32,000 bases of DNA, from positions 1-32,000 of the forward strand of contig NZ_CP045921.1 in assembly GCF_025273655.1 (NCBI RefSeq). Reading direction: 5' to 3'. Position 1 is the first letter of the stretch. Every line of letters starts with the position of its first letter. Both the position numbers and the translations under genes were made by a program. Shown here one piece after another: positions 1-9,388 of this stretch. This DNA comes from Candidatus Saccharimonadota bacterium. Its GTDB lineage: Bacteria > Patescibacteriota > Saccharimonadia > Saccharimonadales > Saccharimonadaceae. The notes under the pieces are model-generated. The model saw nothing but the letters and a program-made list of their open reading frames with translations. It did no database searches and had not been told where the DNA came from.

Positions 1-1371
1 ATGGCGACGACCCATTCGTTGTGGCAAAGCGTTCTCGGCGAGATCGAACTATCAGTCTCGCACGCCACGTTTGCCACGTGGTTTCAAAACACCGAACTCC
101 TAGATGATCACGAAGACAATATTACAATCGCCGTTCCGAATGTTTTTGCAATCCGTCAGTTTCAGATCAAATACGACAAGCAGATTCGTGAAGTACTCCA
201 GAAGAACGGTATCAATGCTACGGCTGTACATTATGTAGTCAATAGTAAAGGCAAGAAGACTGTGGTGAACCGCGAGACTACCCGTAACGCCCTTCCCCGA
301 GAAGAGTTCGCACAACTTCCCCAACAGTCCGGCACTCAACCCTCACCGCAAACCGCACCAAACTCACTCAACCCGCGCTACAACTTCGACAACTTTATCG
401 TCGGCTCAAGCAACGACCTAGCCTACACTGCGTGCCGTACGGTCGCAAGTAACCCTGGCACCAAGTACAACCCCCTCTTCCTTTACGGGGGCGTTGGTCT
501 TGGTAAAACTCACCTCATGCAAGCCGTCGGCAACGAAATCAAAGCTGCCAACCCCTCTGCCCGTATCCTCTACATCAATACTGAGACATTTGTCAAAGAA
601 TTTACCGACGCAATCCGATTCAAAAAACAGGTTTCGGATAAATACCGCACCGCCGACGTGCTCATCGTTGATGACATGCAGTTTATTGCTGGCAAAGAGA
701 AGACACAGGAAGAGTTTTTTCATACCTTCAACACCCTCCACCAGGCAAACAAGCAGATTATCATCAGTAGCGACAAACCACCCAAAAGTATCCCCACTCT
801 CACCGAACGCCTGCGTAGTCGCTTCGAATGGGGTATGGCAATCGATATTCAGATGCCTGACTACGAGACGCGCTGTGCGATCATCGAGGCCAAAGCCCAC
901 CTATCTGGCGTCTCCCTCAGTAAAGATACTGTAGAATATCTCGCCGACAATATCAAAACTAATATTCGCGAACTTGAAGGCGCGCTCAATCAGCTTCTGG
1001 CCTATGCCGAGATGCGTGGAATTGAGCCCGATATCGCCACGGCAGAAGGACTGATTGGTAATGTGCGTCGCTCTCGCCCGCAGCACCTAACATCCAAACA
1101 AATCGTCGATCGCACCGCCAAATACTTCCAGCTGCCCGTTGCTGATATGCTCAGCCCTCGCCGCGACAAACATATTGTCTTGCCACGCCAAATCGCCATG
1201 TACTTGCTCCGCAGCGAGCTCCACCTCAGCTTCCCAATCATCGCCGGCGAGCTAGGTCGCAAAGATCACACCACCGCGATTCATTCTGTCGAAAAAATCG
1301 AAAAAGCTATCAAGCTTGACTTCACTGTACGCGAACATGTCGCCGAAATCCGGGAGCGACTCTATGCGTAG
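1..1371 (+). CDS. dnaA: Chromosomal replication initiator protein DnaA (456 aa)
   Basis: ORF starts with ATG at window nt 1 and ends TAG 1369-1371. AAA+ motifs GGVGLGKTHL (Walker A) and VLIVDDMQF (Walker B), RSRFEWG box, C-terminal DNA-binding signature GRKDHTTAIHSVEKI. Classic dnaA-dnaN-recF synteny. Confidence 0.97.
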   Translation: MATTHSLWQSVLGEIELSVSHATFATWFQNTELLDDHEDNITIAVPNVFAIRQFQIKYDKQIREVLQKNGINATAVHYVVNSKGKKTVVNRETTRNALPREEFAQLPQQSGTQPSPQTAPNSLNPRYNFDNFIVGSSNDLAYTACRTVASNPGTKYNPLFLYGGVGLGKTHLMQAVGNEIKAANPSARILYINTETFVKEFTDAIRFKKQVSDKYRTADVLIVDDMQFIAGKEKTQEEFFHTFNTLHQANKQIIISSDKPPKSIPTLTERLRSRFEWGMAIDIQMPDYETRCAIIEAKAHLSGVSLSKDTVEYLADNIKTNIRELEGALNQLLAYAEMRGIEPDIATAEGLIGNVRRSRPQHLTSKQIVDRTAKYFQLPVADMLSPRRDKHIVLPRQIAMYLLRSELHLSFPIIAGELGRKDHTTAIHSVEKIEKAIKLDFTVREHVAEIRERLYA

Positions 1372-1656
1372 TGCGCTTCTTTTTATTCGTACCTGTGGAC
1401 AACGTGTGTACTCGCCGTGGATGAACCATTGGACAACCCGTGTGTTCACATCCACTATGCAGTGGATACCTGCAGCGCCCTCGACCATACCTGAGTATAA
1501 CCCACGGGTTTTGCACCGATTCGTACCCATATTTTCCGCTAGGTTTTCAACAAGTGATACACTCCATCCCACCTCTTACAATTCCTTACTTATCCACCCT
1601 GTCCACAGCACCTACTATTACACCCACCAAATAAAGAAAGGAAAAAGGATATAATA
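1372..1656. other. Candidate chromosomal origin (oriC) / DnaA-box cluster in the dnaA-dnaN spacer
   Basis: 285-bp non-coding spacer with five 9-mers within 1-2 mismatches of TTATCCACA/TGTGGATAA: TGTGGACAA 1394-1402 (8/9), CGTGGATGA 1416-1424 (7/9), AGTGGATAC 1461-1469 (7/9), TTATCCACC 1590-1598 (8/9), CTGTCCACA 1599-1607 (7/9). A+T-rich tract 1611-1656 abuts dnaN. Direct repeat TGGACAAC(CC)GTGTGT at 1396-1409 and 1430-1445. Confidence 0.6.
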
Positions 1657-2757
1657 ATGGAACTCTCTGTCCTTCAAGAACATCTCGCTCGTGCACTTAC
1701 TGCGGTTGGTCGGGTAGCAAGTAGTCGTACTCAATTACCTATCCTGAATAATATTTTGTTTCGCACAGACGGCACTCGTCTACTCGTGGCTGCTATGAAT
1801 ATGGAGATCGCCTCGACACAGTTTGTCGGCGCCAAAATCTCAACACCGGGTGCAATCACAGTACCGGCGAGGCTCGTATCTGATTTTGTCTCGAGCCTAC
1901 CAAAAGGCACGATTGAACTGCAAGTAAAAGGCACACAGCTTCACATCTCGTCTGGTAAATACAGCTCAGTCATCAACGGGCTAGGTGCCGATGATTTTCC
2001 GGAGCTACCGGTAATCGACGAAGAGGTGGCAGTCCGCTATTCTATCGCCGTAAGTGATTTCAAGCAAGCAGTGGCGCAGACGATCGTCACTACGTCAAAT
2101 GATGCAACACGTCCTGTGCTGACAGGTGTGTACTGGCACTCACACGAAGGTGCGCTATACCTGGCTGGTACGGATGGGTATCGCCTAGCGGAACGTCGTC
2201 TCGTGGAAACGACGAGCGAAGTAGCCGCTATCGTACCAACCACCAGTCTGCAGGAAGCCTTACGGACGATTACTGATGATATCAAGGAGATCGAGGTGCT
2301 GTTTGACGAGTCGCAGGTGCGTTTTCGGTTCGACGAAGCCGAGGTAACAAGTCAGCTTATTAGCGGTAACTTCCCACCCTATCGTCAATTGATTCCAGAA
2401 AAAACCGAGACGACCGTGACGCTACCGCGTGATGAATTCGTACGCATTACCAAGATTGCCGGACTTTTCGCGCGCGACTCTGGTGGCAGCGTGACAATCC
2501 GCGCCAGTGAGGAGACAAAGCTCTTGTCGCTGCACTCGGTGGCATCGGAGTTGGGCGAAAACACGTCAGAAGCAGATGCGACCATAGCTGGCGGCGGCAG
2601 TGTCACGCTGAATTCGCGCTATCTTAGCGAGGCACTGGGTGTACTCGATGGCAGTACGGTCATATTTGGTTTTTCTGGTAAGCTGGCACCGACAGTACTC
2701 ACGACAAGCGGCGAAGACGTGAAATATAAACATATCATCATGCCGCTCAAGAGCTAG
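1657..2757 (+). CDS. dnaN: DNA polymerase III beta sliding clamp (366 aa)
   Basis: ATG 1657 preceded by purine-rich AAAGGAAAAAGGA. Length and N-terminus MELSVLQEHLARAL...LPILNNILF are typical of DnaN. Position directly after dnaA. Confidence 0.95.
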   Translation: MELSVLQEHLARALTAVGRVASSRTQLPILNNILFRTDGTRLLVAAMNMEIASTQFVGAKISTPGAITVPARLVSDFVSSLPKGTIELQVKGTQLHISSGKYSSVINGLGADDFPELPVIDEEVAVRYSIAVSDFKQAVAQTIVTTSNDATRPVLTGVYWHSHEGALYLAGTDGYRLAERRLVETTSEVAAIVPTTSLQEALRTITDDIKEIEVLFDESQVRFRFDEAEVTSQLISGNFPPYRQLIPEKTETTVTLPRDEFVRITKIAGLFARDSGGSVTIRASEETKLLSLHSVASELGENTSEADATIAGGGSVTLNSRYLSEALGVLDGSTVIFGFSGKLAPTVLTTSGEDVKYKHIIMPLKS

Positions 2758-2764
2758 GTACTCT

Positions 2765-3808
2765 GTGGATATCACTGGTCTTCGCGTTCAGCACACTCGC
2801 AGCCATGACGATGCGAGCTTTGTGTTTGGTCAGCGCGTCAGCGTGATTACTGGGCCGAACGGATCTGGTAAAACGACACTACTCGAAGCACTTCACGTAG
2901 CGCTGCGGGGCACGTCGTTTCGCGGTAGTGACAGTGAGTTTCTGGCGCGCGATGAGGACTGGTGGCGTATTGATGTACGACTTGGCGACGAGCAGGCACG
3001 TGTAGTCAAGTTTGATAGTACGAAAACCTCTGGTCGTAAGCAATTTGAAATTGATCACAAGATTAACTATCGCCTGCCCGTCAGCAAGAAATATCCGGTG
3101 ATTTTGTTTGAACCGGACGATTTGCGTCTGCTAGGCGGTTCCCCTGCTCGCAGGCGGCAGTTTATTGATACGTTTATAACCCAAATCAATCCACTATACA
3201 CGAGTACCACACGCAAATATGAGCGTGCACTCAAGCAGCGTAATGCCCTATTGAAACAGCCTAGTGTGACGCGTGACTCCCTGTTTGTATGGGATATGGC
3301 AATAGCCGAATATGGTGCTGAGATGATTCGTGAACGCAGTCAGATTATCGAGCGTATCAATCAATCGCTGACGGACACATATCGAAGTATTGCGGGTACT
3401 GACGATACGGCGACGCTTCACTATTCGCATACAATTATCGATGGTATTCAGCAGAAGTTGGCGAACGAGCTGCATTACAATTTCGAGCGCGACAGTCTCC
3501 TGGGCTTTACGAGCACCGGTCCACACCGTCATGATGTGGTGGCGGAGTTCAACGGCGCCCCGGCTACAACTCGTGCGAGTCGTGGTGAAATTCGGAGTAT
3601 TATACTTGCGCTGAAGTTTATCGAAGTGGATGTAGCCGAATCGGCGACTGGCTTGTCACCCGTTGTGTTGCTCGACGATGTGTTTGCTGAGCTTGATGAA
3701 TCGAGGCAGCAACGCCTTGCAGAGAAATGTCGCGGCAACCAGATGTTCATCACCAGTACAGGTGCCTATACTGGCATCGACAGCGCGACGGTTATTGCGC
3801 TCGATTGA
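2765..3808 (+). CDS. recF: DNA replication/repair protein RecF (347 aa)
   Basis: GTG start shortly after the dnaN stop. Walker A GPNGSGKTTLLEAL. SMC-like signature/Walker B region SRGEIRSIILALKF...VVLLDDVFAELDESR. Confidence 0.93.
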   Translation: MDITGLRVQHTRSHDDASFVFGQRVSVITGPNGSGKTTLLEALHVALRGTSFRGSDSEFLARDEDWWRIDVRLGDEQARVVKFDSTKTSGRKQFEIDHKINYRLPVSKKYPVILFEPDDLRLLGGSPARRRQFIDTFITQINPLYTSTTRKYERALKQRNALLKQPSVTRDSLFVWDMAIAEYGAEMIRERSQIIERINQSLTDTYRSIAGTDDTATLHYSHTIIDGIQQKLANELHYNFERDSLLGFTSTGPHRHDVVAEFNGAPATTRASRGEIRSIILALKFIEVDVAESATGLSPVVLLDDVFAELDESRQQRLAEKCRGNQMFITSTGAYTGIDSATVIALD

Positions 3809-4415
3809 TATCGACGAGGATGTTGCGGCTTATCGACGGATAGAGCGGCGCGCTCAAGATAGGCATGGGTGGTTTTGAAAGTATGATCCAGCTTCCGTTC
3901 TTTTTCTCCATCAGTACATGTAGAATATCGGCGTTATCATTTGACTGGTCGCGCATAACGAGACTAGCACCATATACTTCTCCTAGGTGGTAGAGCTTGC
4001 CGTGCCGAATGTCGTAGTCGGTCGCGACTTTCGGGTAGGCTGCGATGAGTGTAGATTCGATGACCTGTTGTTCACCTAGGTAGAGTGTGTCGAGATACGA
4101 ACGTGAGTAGCCAAACTCAGCTGTGATGTTGCTTGTTGAGCCATCAATTACCTGCGCATGCCGATCTGCTGCTATATGGGCACCGACACTACGTACCTGG
4201 TAGGTGCCTTTTTTGAGTTTGACAGGTTGATTGTCGGCCGGATAGTAGTTTGGCTGGTTATTGCCGCTGAGCTCTATGTAGCCAAGCTGGCGGTCAAAAT
4301 GAAATGTCACTGTTTGAAATGAGAATATGTAGCTCCAAAGTAGCCATGTGCCAACAGCTGCGGCCGCAACAGTAGTAAGCAATAATATAATCTTTGTTGT
4401 GAGACTGCGGTGCAT
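3792..4415 (-). CDS. Membrane-anchored hypothetical protein (207 aa), last gene of the minus-strand array
   Basis: ATG 4415 overlaps the TAA of the upstream gene (TAATG). N-terminal helix IILLLTTVAAAAVGTWLLWSYIF, then a soluble domain with a GTYQV beta-sandwich-like stretch. The 3' end overlaps recF by 17 bp. No family recognised. Confidence 0.6.
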   Translation of the reverse strand: MHRSLTTKIILLLTTVAAAAVGTWLLWSYIFSFQTVTFHFDRQLGYIELSGNNQPNYYPADNQPVKLKKGTYQVRSVGAHIAADRHAQVIDGSTSNITAEFGYSRSYLDTLYLGEQQVIESTLIAAYPKVATDYDIRHGKLYHLGEVYGASLVMRDQSNDNADILHVLMEKKNGSWIILSKPPMPILSAPLYPSISRNILVDINRAQ

Positions 4416-5071
4416 TACTGAGCCTCCAGCGGGTTGTCAAAACCATCGTAGCGAATACGGTAATCTGTCGGATCATAGCCTTTACTGCGCAGCATACTTA
4501 ATGCTGCTTGACGGCTGTGGGGTGAAGTGCCCCAAATAACTAGTTCCACAGAGGCATCATCATGGTTCTGGTAGTCGACCGAATAGTACGGATCTTTGAT
4601 TGGTAGTACATTGACGATAGGATTTGTAGATTCAAACAGCGCATTATAGTCACGATTGCGTGCGACGGTGAGTGTCTCAAGATGTTGGTATTCTGCTTGA
4701 TGGCGAGCTTGCCAGGCTTTTGCGTCATCAGAGCGTGCGACGAGACCGATATAAATATATCCGAGTGCGTTATCTGACACTCGCAGATCACGGGTTTGTG
4801 AGTCGAATCCCTCTTTTTTGACAGTAACTTTGTACGTGCCAGGTACGATATACGCAGTGCCGCTTTGCGGCAGAGGCTGACCTGTCGATAGTGTTACGCT
4901 GGCGTCGGTCGGCACTACTTGTACTGGTACGGCAATTTTGCCCGCGCGCTGCTGAGCGAGCCAGATATTGTACCAGATGGTCATACCGACGACGAGTACT
5001 ACACATACTATTAGACCTGCAAGGAGCTGGCGGCGATATTTTCCGAGATAATACGAGAGTTCGTAATCCAT
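4415..5071 (-). CDS. Membrane-anchored PEGA-like domain protein (218 aa)
   Basis: ATG 5071 directly follows the TAA of the upstream gene (TAAATG). Single TM LLAGLIVCVVLVVGMTIWYNIWL. PEGA-like segment PTDASVTLSTG...VPGTYKVTVKKEGFDSQTRDLRV. Confidence 0.6.
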   Translation of the reverse strand: MDYELSYYLGKYRRQLLAGLIVCVVLVVGMTIWYNIWLAQQRAGKIAVPVQVVPTDASVTLSTGQPLPQSGTAYIVPGTYKVTVKKEGFDSQTRDLRVSDNALGYIYIGLVARSDDAKAWQARHQAEYQHLETLTVARNRDYNALFESTNPIVNVLPIKDPYYSVDYQNHDDASVELVIWGTSPHSRQAALSMLRSKGYDPTDYRIRYDGFDNPLEAQ

Positions 5072-6346
5072 TTACTTCTTCCTGTACCAATTATACCCGG
5101 GCTGTGTGGCACTCTGCTGAGTATCGGCCATCGGCGCACGTTCGTCGAGCGAAGCAGAGGCAATTGTGGCGCCAAACCCATCAGGCTTTTTGCCACGGTC
5201 ACCGACGTAGATGAAGGTGTGAGATGAGTTGATTGCCACGTCACCTTGCTGAAGTTTTCCTGGCGTGACATCCTCTGGTTTGATTTTAACCCAGTTTTTT
5301 TGCATCCAGGCTTCTTGGGAGCTTGTCGGCCCCCCTTTGCCGTTGTAGTTATAGCCTGGGTCATAGCCGCTATCGCGCACCAGGAGTGTCACGAAGCCGC
5401 CGCAATCGATACCTCGTGTTGTGGCAGTGGTGCCACCGACATAGTAGCCGCCAGCAAGAGCTTTTTTGACGGCGGCGGCATAGGCGTCGGTCGGCTTGAT
5501 TGTCATGCCTTTATAGGTCGGCCACGCGTAAGCTTTGAGGGTTTGATCGAGATTGCCTCCAGAGAAGCTACTGCTCGCGCAGCTACTATCGCTGGACTCT
5601 GATGTACTTTGACTCGTGTCACTCGCGGCTTGGCCATGCTCATCGACCTTCTCTTCTCCACTCGGATTATTCATCTCACTGCTAGCAGTACTACCGGCAA
5701 GTGCGGGGGCGTTCTTGTACTGATCATAGACCTTTTTGGCATTGCCGCCACGCACACTGCGCACTGCCGAGTCTGAGTCTGCCGAGCTTTCATAGCCATC
5801 GTGTACGACGACGGCCGCTTCTACTGGGTCGTTGGTGCGCTTGAGATTATTGAGCGTAGAAAGGTATGGGCCAGATAGTTCTACCCAGGTGAAACTGAGC
5901 TGGCCACCAAGGTCGGTGTTTTTGACGCCCATTTTGTCGATATGATCCTGGAGGGGTTTTTGACGCCCCGTAAAGGTCCACTGTACGAGCCCGAAGCCGA
6001 CGCCGTTTTGCAGCGTGTAGGTTTCGTTTTCGCCAATCAGCTTGCCGCCTTGCACTACATTTGGTTTCAGGCCGGATTCCTGCATCATATTCCCGACGAT
6101 ACCGCTTGCCTGGGCAAGATTAAGGCCTTTGCGCATATAGAAGTTGAGAATTTTTTCGACATTGTTGTTGCCAGCGAGTGATACAGCCCCTGCGCCCTGT
6201 GTTCTGCATTCATCATCGACAGCCCATGCCTCTTGGAGCATATACCTCTGCGGGTCGGTGATGGCCGCTACACGCACAGGAAATACCAGCTCATTCATGA
6301 GTAGGATGGCGGTGATCGCCAGGCAGACAGCACGACCAAAGCGCAT
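5072..6346 (-). CDS. Secreted two-domain peptidoglycan hydrolase: lysozyme-like (Phage_lysozyme2-type) + NlpC/P60- or CHAP-like cysteine peptidase (424 aa)
   Basis: Preferred ATG 6346, 1 nt after the TAA of the upstream gene, gives the signal-like N-terminus MRFGRAVCLAITAILLMNELVFPVRVAA. The track start 6433 would overlap the upstream gene by 86 nt. Motifs GIVGNMMQESGLKPN...GFGLVQWT. Ser-rich linker. C-terminal candidate catalytic Cys in GIDCGGFVTLL and His in SSHTFIYVG. The architecture parallels two-domain conjugation hydrolases of the CwlT type. Confidence 0.75.
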   Translation of the reverse strand: MRFGRAVCLAITAILLMNELVFPVRVAAITDPQRYMLQEAWAVDDECRTQGAGAVSLAGNNNVEKILNFYMRKGLNLAQASGIVGNMMQESGLKPNVVQGGKLIGENETYTLQNGVGFGLVQWTFTGRQKPLQDHIDKMGVKNTDLGGQLSFTWVELSGPYLSTLNNLKRTNDPVEAAVVVHDGYESSADSDSAVRSVRGGNAKKVYDQYKNAPALAGSTASSEMNNPSGEEKVDEHGQAASDTSQSTSESSDSSCASSSFSGGNLDQTLKAYAWPTYKGMTIKPTDAYAAAVKKALAGGYYVGGTTATTRGIDCGGFVTLLVRDSGYDPGYNYNGKGGPTSSQEAWMQKNWVKIKPEDVTPGKLQQGDVAINSSHTFIYVGDRGKKPDGFGATIASASLDERAPMADTQQSATQPGYNWYRKK

Positions 6347-6347
6347 G

Positions 6348-9284
6348 TTAGCCGCTACCTCCGCTGGCTTTATCGAGGTAAGGTTTTGGGTCGATAGGCT
6401 GACCGGTGCCGCTATTAGTATCGGAGCGTCCACCGGGCCATATTTCGAAGTGAAGATGCGGACCAGTGCTCTGCCCTTCGCTGCCGATACCAGCGATAGG
6501 CTGACCAGCCTTTACAGTATCCCCTACTTTTACGAGTATAGTATTGGCGCGCATGTGTCCATAGACAGTGTCGACGCGTTGTCCGTCGACCTCGTGCTGG
6601 ATCACAACCCAGTTACCGAAGCCGTTCGCGGGTCCGGCGGCAATCACCTTACCATCACGCGCAGCGTAGATTGGTGTACCGAGCGGCCCGGCTAGGTCGA
6701 TACCGTTGTGGCGGGTACCATCGCGCATACCGAAGCCGCTCGACACTTCCGTCTTGCTTTTCACGGTTGGGTAGGCCCAGCCATCGAGGCCAACTTTACC
6801 GGCTGCGCCACCATCGAATGCCTCTTGTGAGCCACCATCCATACCTGGCAGATTTTGGTCGAGTCCTTCGTTGATACCGAGGCTGAGCTTGAACTTGGCA
6901 TAGTGCCAATTCTTTTCGTAGTTAGCTTCGGCTACGCAGCCGCTGCCATTTGTCGGGTCTTTTTCAATATCTTCGGTAGCGCCAGGTTGCTGGTCGACAC
7001 ACTGTTCGAGATATTTCTTGTAGTTCCATAGTTGGCCGTTATCTGCCGGATCACCACTGTCAGAATCAACAATAATTTCGCCGTGCTCTGCCATCCACTT
7101 GGCGTTCTCGACTGGGTCGATCTCCATGGCTTCGTCTGGTAGGCCGAACACCATCACACATGTAGGATTAATGGCGACATTTGGTCCGAGCTGCGCATAG
7201 TCAGGGTCGTTGCAGTACGTGTAGCGATCTTTTTTGACAATATAGTCCGAGTCGGCGTGTGTGAGTGGCATGGCGACCGTACTCATGGCAGTGGTCGCGA
7301 CAGATGGCAGTGCGGCTAATGCGCCACCGAGATGTGTGCTGTCAATAGTGCGGAGGCTGGCGGCAATTGGCAGCGTAGTGCGCGCTAGTGAGCCGAGAAA
7401 AGAGAATTTATTGCTAGTATCAAACGGCTTTTTCACTGCGGCTAGCCGGTCGAGCTCATCGTATGCCTGCAACGTCTCGCGTTTACTGTTTTGGTATTTT
7501 GTCATTTTGTCTGGGCTGAGACTCATCATGCCTTGGGATCGTGCCATGCCGTTATACATCGCATCCGAGCCTACGGCGGTGGCGGTGCCGAAGTCGGTGT
7601 ATTTGAGGCCTTTGGTGACACTACCCGCAGCAATACTCGCAAGTTGTGCGGTCAGGAGCGGCATGGCCGCGCCAAACGCCACCGACAAGCCAAGCTGTGC
7701 AGCGGTACCGGCGCCAAATGTACCTACGCCCACAGCAATCGATACCGCTAGTACTCCGGCACGCACGAAGTTATTTTGCACGACACGGCAACGCTGTGAC
7801 ACCTCTGCCGTGGAACTGGCACCGGTCATGCGCGCCACGAGTTGCTGGGCGTTGCCAATCCCTGCTAACCTGTCACCACCAAGGAGAAGTGCTTTGCCCT
7901 GTTGGCTCATATTTTTCACGCCACCAAAGTCTTGATCTCGCGAGCCTTTCACGAGGGGCGAATCGAAGGCATTTTTACCACTATCGGGGCTGACTACTTC
8001 TGGAAGGTCGCTTCCGTAGGGTGTCTCACCTATTTTGGACTGATCGGCCACCTTCGTAGCAGGCGCGGCGTCCATAAGACGGTTTGACGGTGCTTCTACC
8101 GCCTCTGGGTATGATGTCTCGGCACGGAGCATGCTGGCAGGTTGAAATACGTTGTAGAACGCCAATCGTATCATCTCTTTGTATTGGAGGACGCGTGCGG
8201 CAACTCGCACGGCGGTGGCAGTGTTGAATACGGTACAGGCTGTATCGAGGGCATTGACCCGTCCAGCTGCCTTGCCGATAGTATCGCTGACAGCACCGAC
8301 AGATGGCGAGGCGTCGAGCTGTTTGCCGAAATCTTCGATAGCTTTGGCCTCTGCGGCACTATAGCGACGCCCATCTTCATCTTCGAACTCCCCGGTTTCG
8401 TTGCCATCTTTGTCTTTGACCGGTGTGAGCTTCGACGTCTCGATGTCGGTTTCTCCCGAGACGCGCTTGTCGGTCTCCTCCTGTACCTCTTTGACGGTGT
8501 TTTTCTTTTCGCCCATAGCGTAGGTAACTTTATTTTTAGAGAGGAAGTCCATGATTTCTTTGCCCTTATAGACACTGAAGCGCGGGCTATAGACCATGTA
8601 CATTTTGGCTCGGAACACGGGGTCGGACTTCATAAGTTTGGTGAAGGCTTCTGGTGAGTTGGCCTCGATGCGTGTGCCATCGGCTTTGACTACAGAGATA
8701 GTTTTGATACGGCCTCGCTTCTCAGTGAAACCTTTGTCTTCGTCAAACGTCATCATGAGTTTGTCGTCGCTCGAGGCATTGATGCGCCCAAGCGTTTTTT
8801 CCATCTTCTCCATATTGACGGTCTCATAGCGGCAGGCGATTTTGACAGCACCACAGGAGCCTTTGGTGGCTGTACTGAGTTTGTTGCGCCAGAGTTGTGA
8901 TGTGGTCTTGTCGACGCCTGAGAGCTGTGTGTTGAGGTCTCGGTCTAAGATGTCTGCCATCATGAGTAGTGGTGTCCCTGGCGCGAGACTGACGATAACA
9001 GCGCTACTTCCTCCGGCGATAAATAGTGCGATTGCGATGGCGGGTGATTTGCGACGCATGCCTTGAAAGAAGCCGGTGAAACGGCGTTTGCTACCGCCCG
9101 ATCGCTTGGGCGCACGCGTTTCTGGTGGTTTGGTCTGCTGGGCAAGTCGGGCGGCTTCAGTACGAGCGGCAGCTTCGCCATCTGCGTGCGCAAGGGTGGC
9201 GGCGCGTTTCTTTTCTTGGTCATACCAAAGACCCTGCTCTTCGAGCCGAATGTTTCCGGGAGATCGTTGTTCGTCCTGCGGCAT
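6348..9284 (-). CDS. Large membrane-anchored protein with C-terminal Peptidase_M23 (LytM-type) domain (978 aa); VirB1/PrgK-like role proposed
   Basis: GGTGGAG RBS upstream of ATG 9284. Charged N-terminus, TM AIAIALFIAGGSSAVIVSL, second hydrophobic block AGVLAVSIAVGVGTFGAGTAAQLGLSVAFGAAMPLL. C-terminal zinc motifs HNGIDLAG (HxxxD) and GPHLHFEIW (HxH). Confidence 0.8.
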   Translation of the reverse strand: MPQDEQRSPGNIRLEEQGLWYDQEKKRAATLAHADGEAAARTEAARLAQQTKPPETRAPKRSGGSKRRFTGFFQGMRRKSPAIAIALFIAGGSSAVIVSLAPGTPLLMMADILDRDLNTQLSGVDKTTSQLWRNKLSTATKGSCGAVKIACRYETVNMEKMEKTLGRINASSDDKLMMTFDEDKGFTEKRGRIKTISVVKADGTRIEANSPEAFTKLMKSDPVFRAKMYMVYSPRFSVYKGKEIMDFLSKNKVTYAMGEKKNTVKEVQEETDKRVSGETDIETSKLTPVKDKDGNETGEFEDEDGRRYSAAEAKAIEDFGKQLDASPSVGAVSDTIGKAAGRVNALDTACTVFNTATAVRVAARVLQYKEMIRLAFYNVFQPASMLRAETSYPEAVEAPSNRLMDAAPATKVADQSKIGETPYGSDLPEVVSPDSGKNAFDSPLVKGSRDQDFGGVKNMSQQGKALLLGGDRLAGIGNAQQLVARMTGASSTAEVSQRCRVVQNNFVRAGVLAVSIAVGVGTFGAGTAAQLGLSVAFGAAMPLLTAQLASIAAGSVTKGLKYTDFGTATAVGSDAMYNGMARSQGMMSLSPDKMTKYQNSKRETLQAYDELDRLAAVKKPFDTSNKFSFLGSLARTTLPIAASLRTIDSTHLGGALAALPSVATTAMSTVAMPLTHADSDYIVKKDRYTYCNDPDYAQLGPNVAINPTCVMVFGLPDEAMEIDPVENAKWMAEHGEIIVDSDSGDPADNGQLWNYKKYLEQCVDQQPGATEDIEKDPTNGSGCVAEANYEKNWHYAKFKLSLGINEGLDQNLPGMDGGSQEAFDGGAAGKVGLDGWAYPTVKSKTEVSSGFGMRDGTRHNGIDLAGPLGTPIYAARDGKVIAAGPANGFGNWVVIQHEVDGQRVDTVYGHMRANTILVKVGDTVKAGQPIAGIGSEGQSTGPHLHFEIWPGGRSDTNSGTGQPIDPKPYLDKASGGSG

Positions 9285-9334
9285 GCTAGAGTCTACTCCA
9301 CCCTATAAAAGAAAAGGGTAACTATTACAGACAG

Positions 9335-9363
9335 AGTATACACCTTTTTTGCATATTATGCAA
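9335..9363 (-). promoter_or_regulatory. Sigma70-like promoter for the 978-aa hydrolase operon, with the -35 inside a palindrome
   Basis: Minus strand: TTGCAT (9363-9358), 17 nt spacer, TATACT (9340-9335), about 50 nt upstream of ATG 9284. The -35 lies inside the 15-nt palindrome TTGCATA-T-TATGCAA (9349-9363). Confidence 0.45.
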
Positions 9364-9388
9364 TCTTATATTAGTGATATCGGGCTTA

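Noticed and set aside
1252-1654. ORFs predicted across the dnaA-dnaN spacer (1316-1654 +, 1252-1572 -, 1440-1634 +, 1322-1516 -).
   Set aside because: They overlap each other and the DnaA-box cluster, have no RBS or recognisable domains, and occupy the canonical oriC position.
6347-6433. N-terminal extensions offered by the ORF track (6433 for the lysozyme/NlpC gene; also 12208, 10728, 22973, 28711, 31317).
   Set aside because: Each extension starts at a non-ATG codon or overlaps the upstream gene or its own SD. A downstream ATG gives a proper signal peptide and/or a GGAGG-type SD. Only 22973 and 15192 remain plausible alternatives.
9349-9363. The TTGCATA-T-TATGCAA hairpin as the terminator of the upstream gene 9389-9832.
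   Set aside because: On the transcribed (minus) strand the stem is followed by an A-run, not a U-run. The stem is short and A+T-rich, and it coincides with a good -35/-10 pair. An operator or promoter element is more likely.
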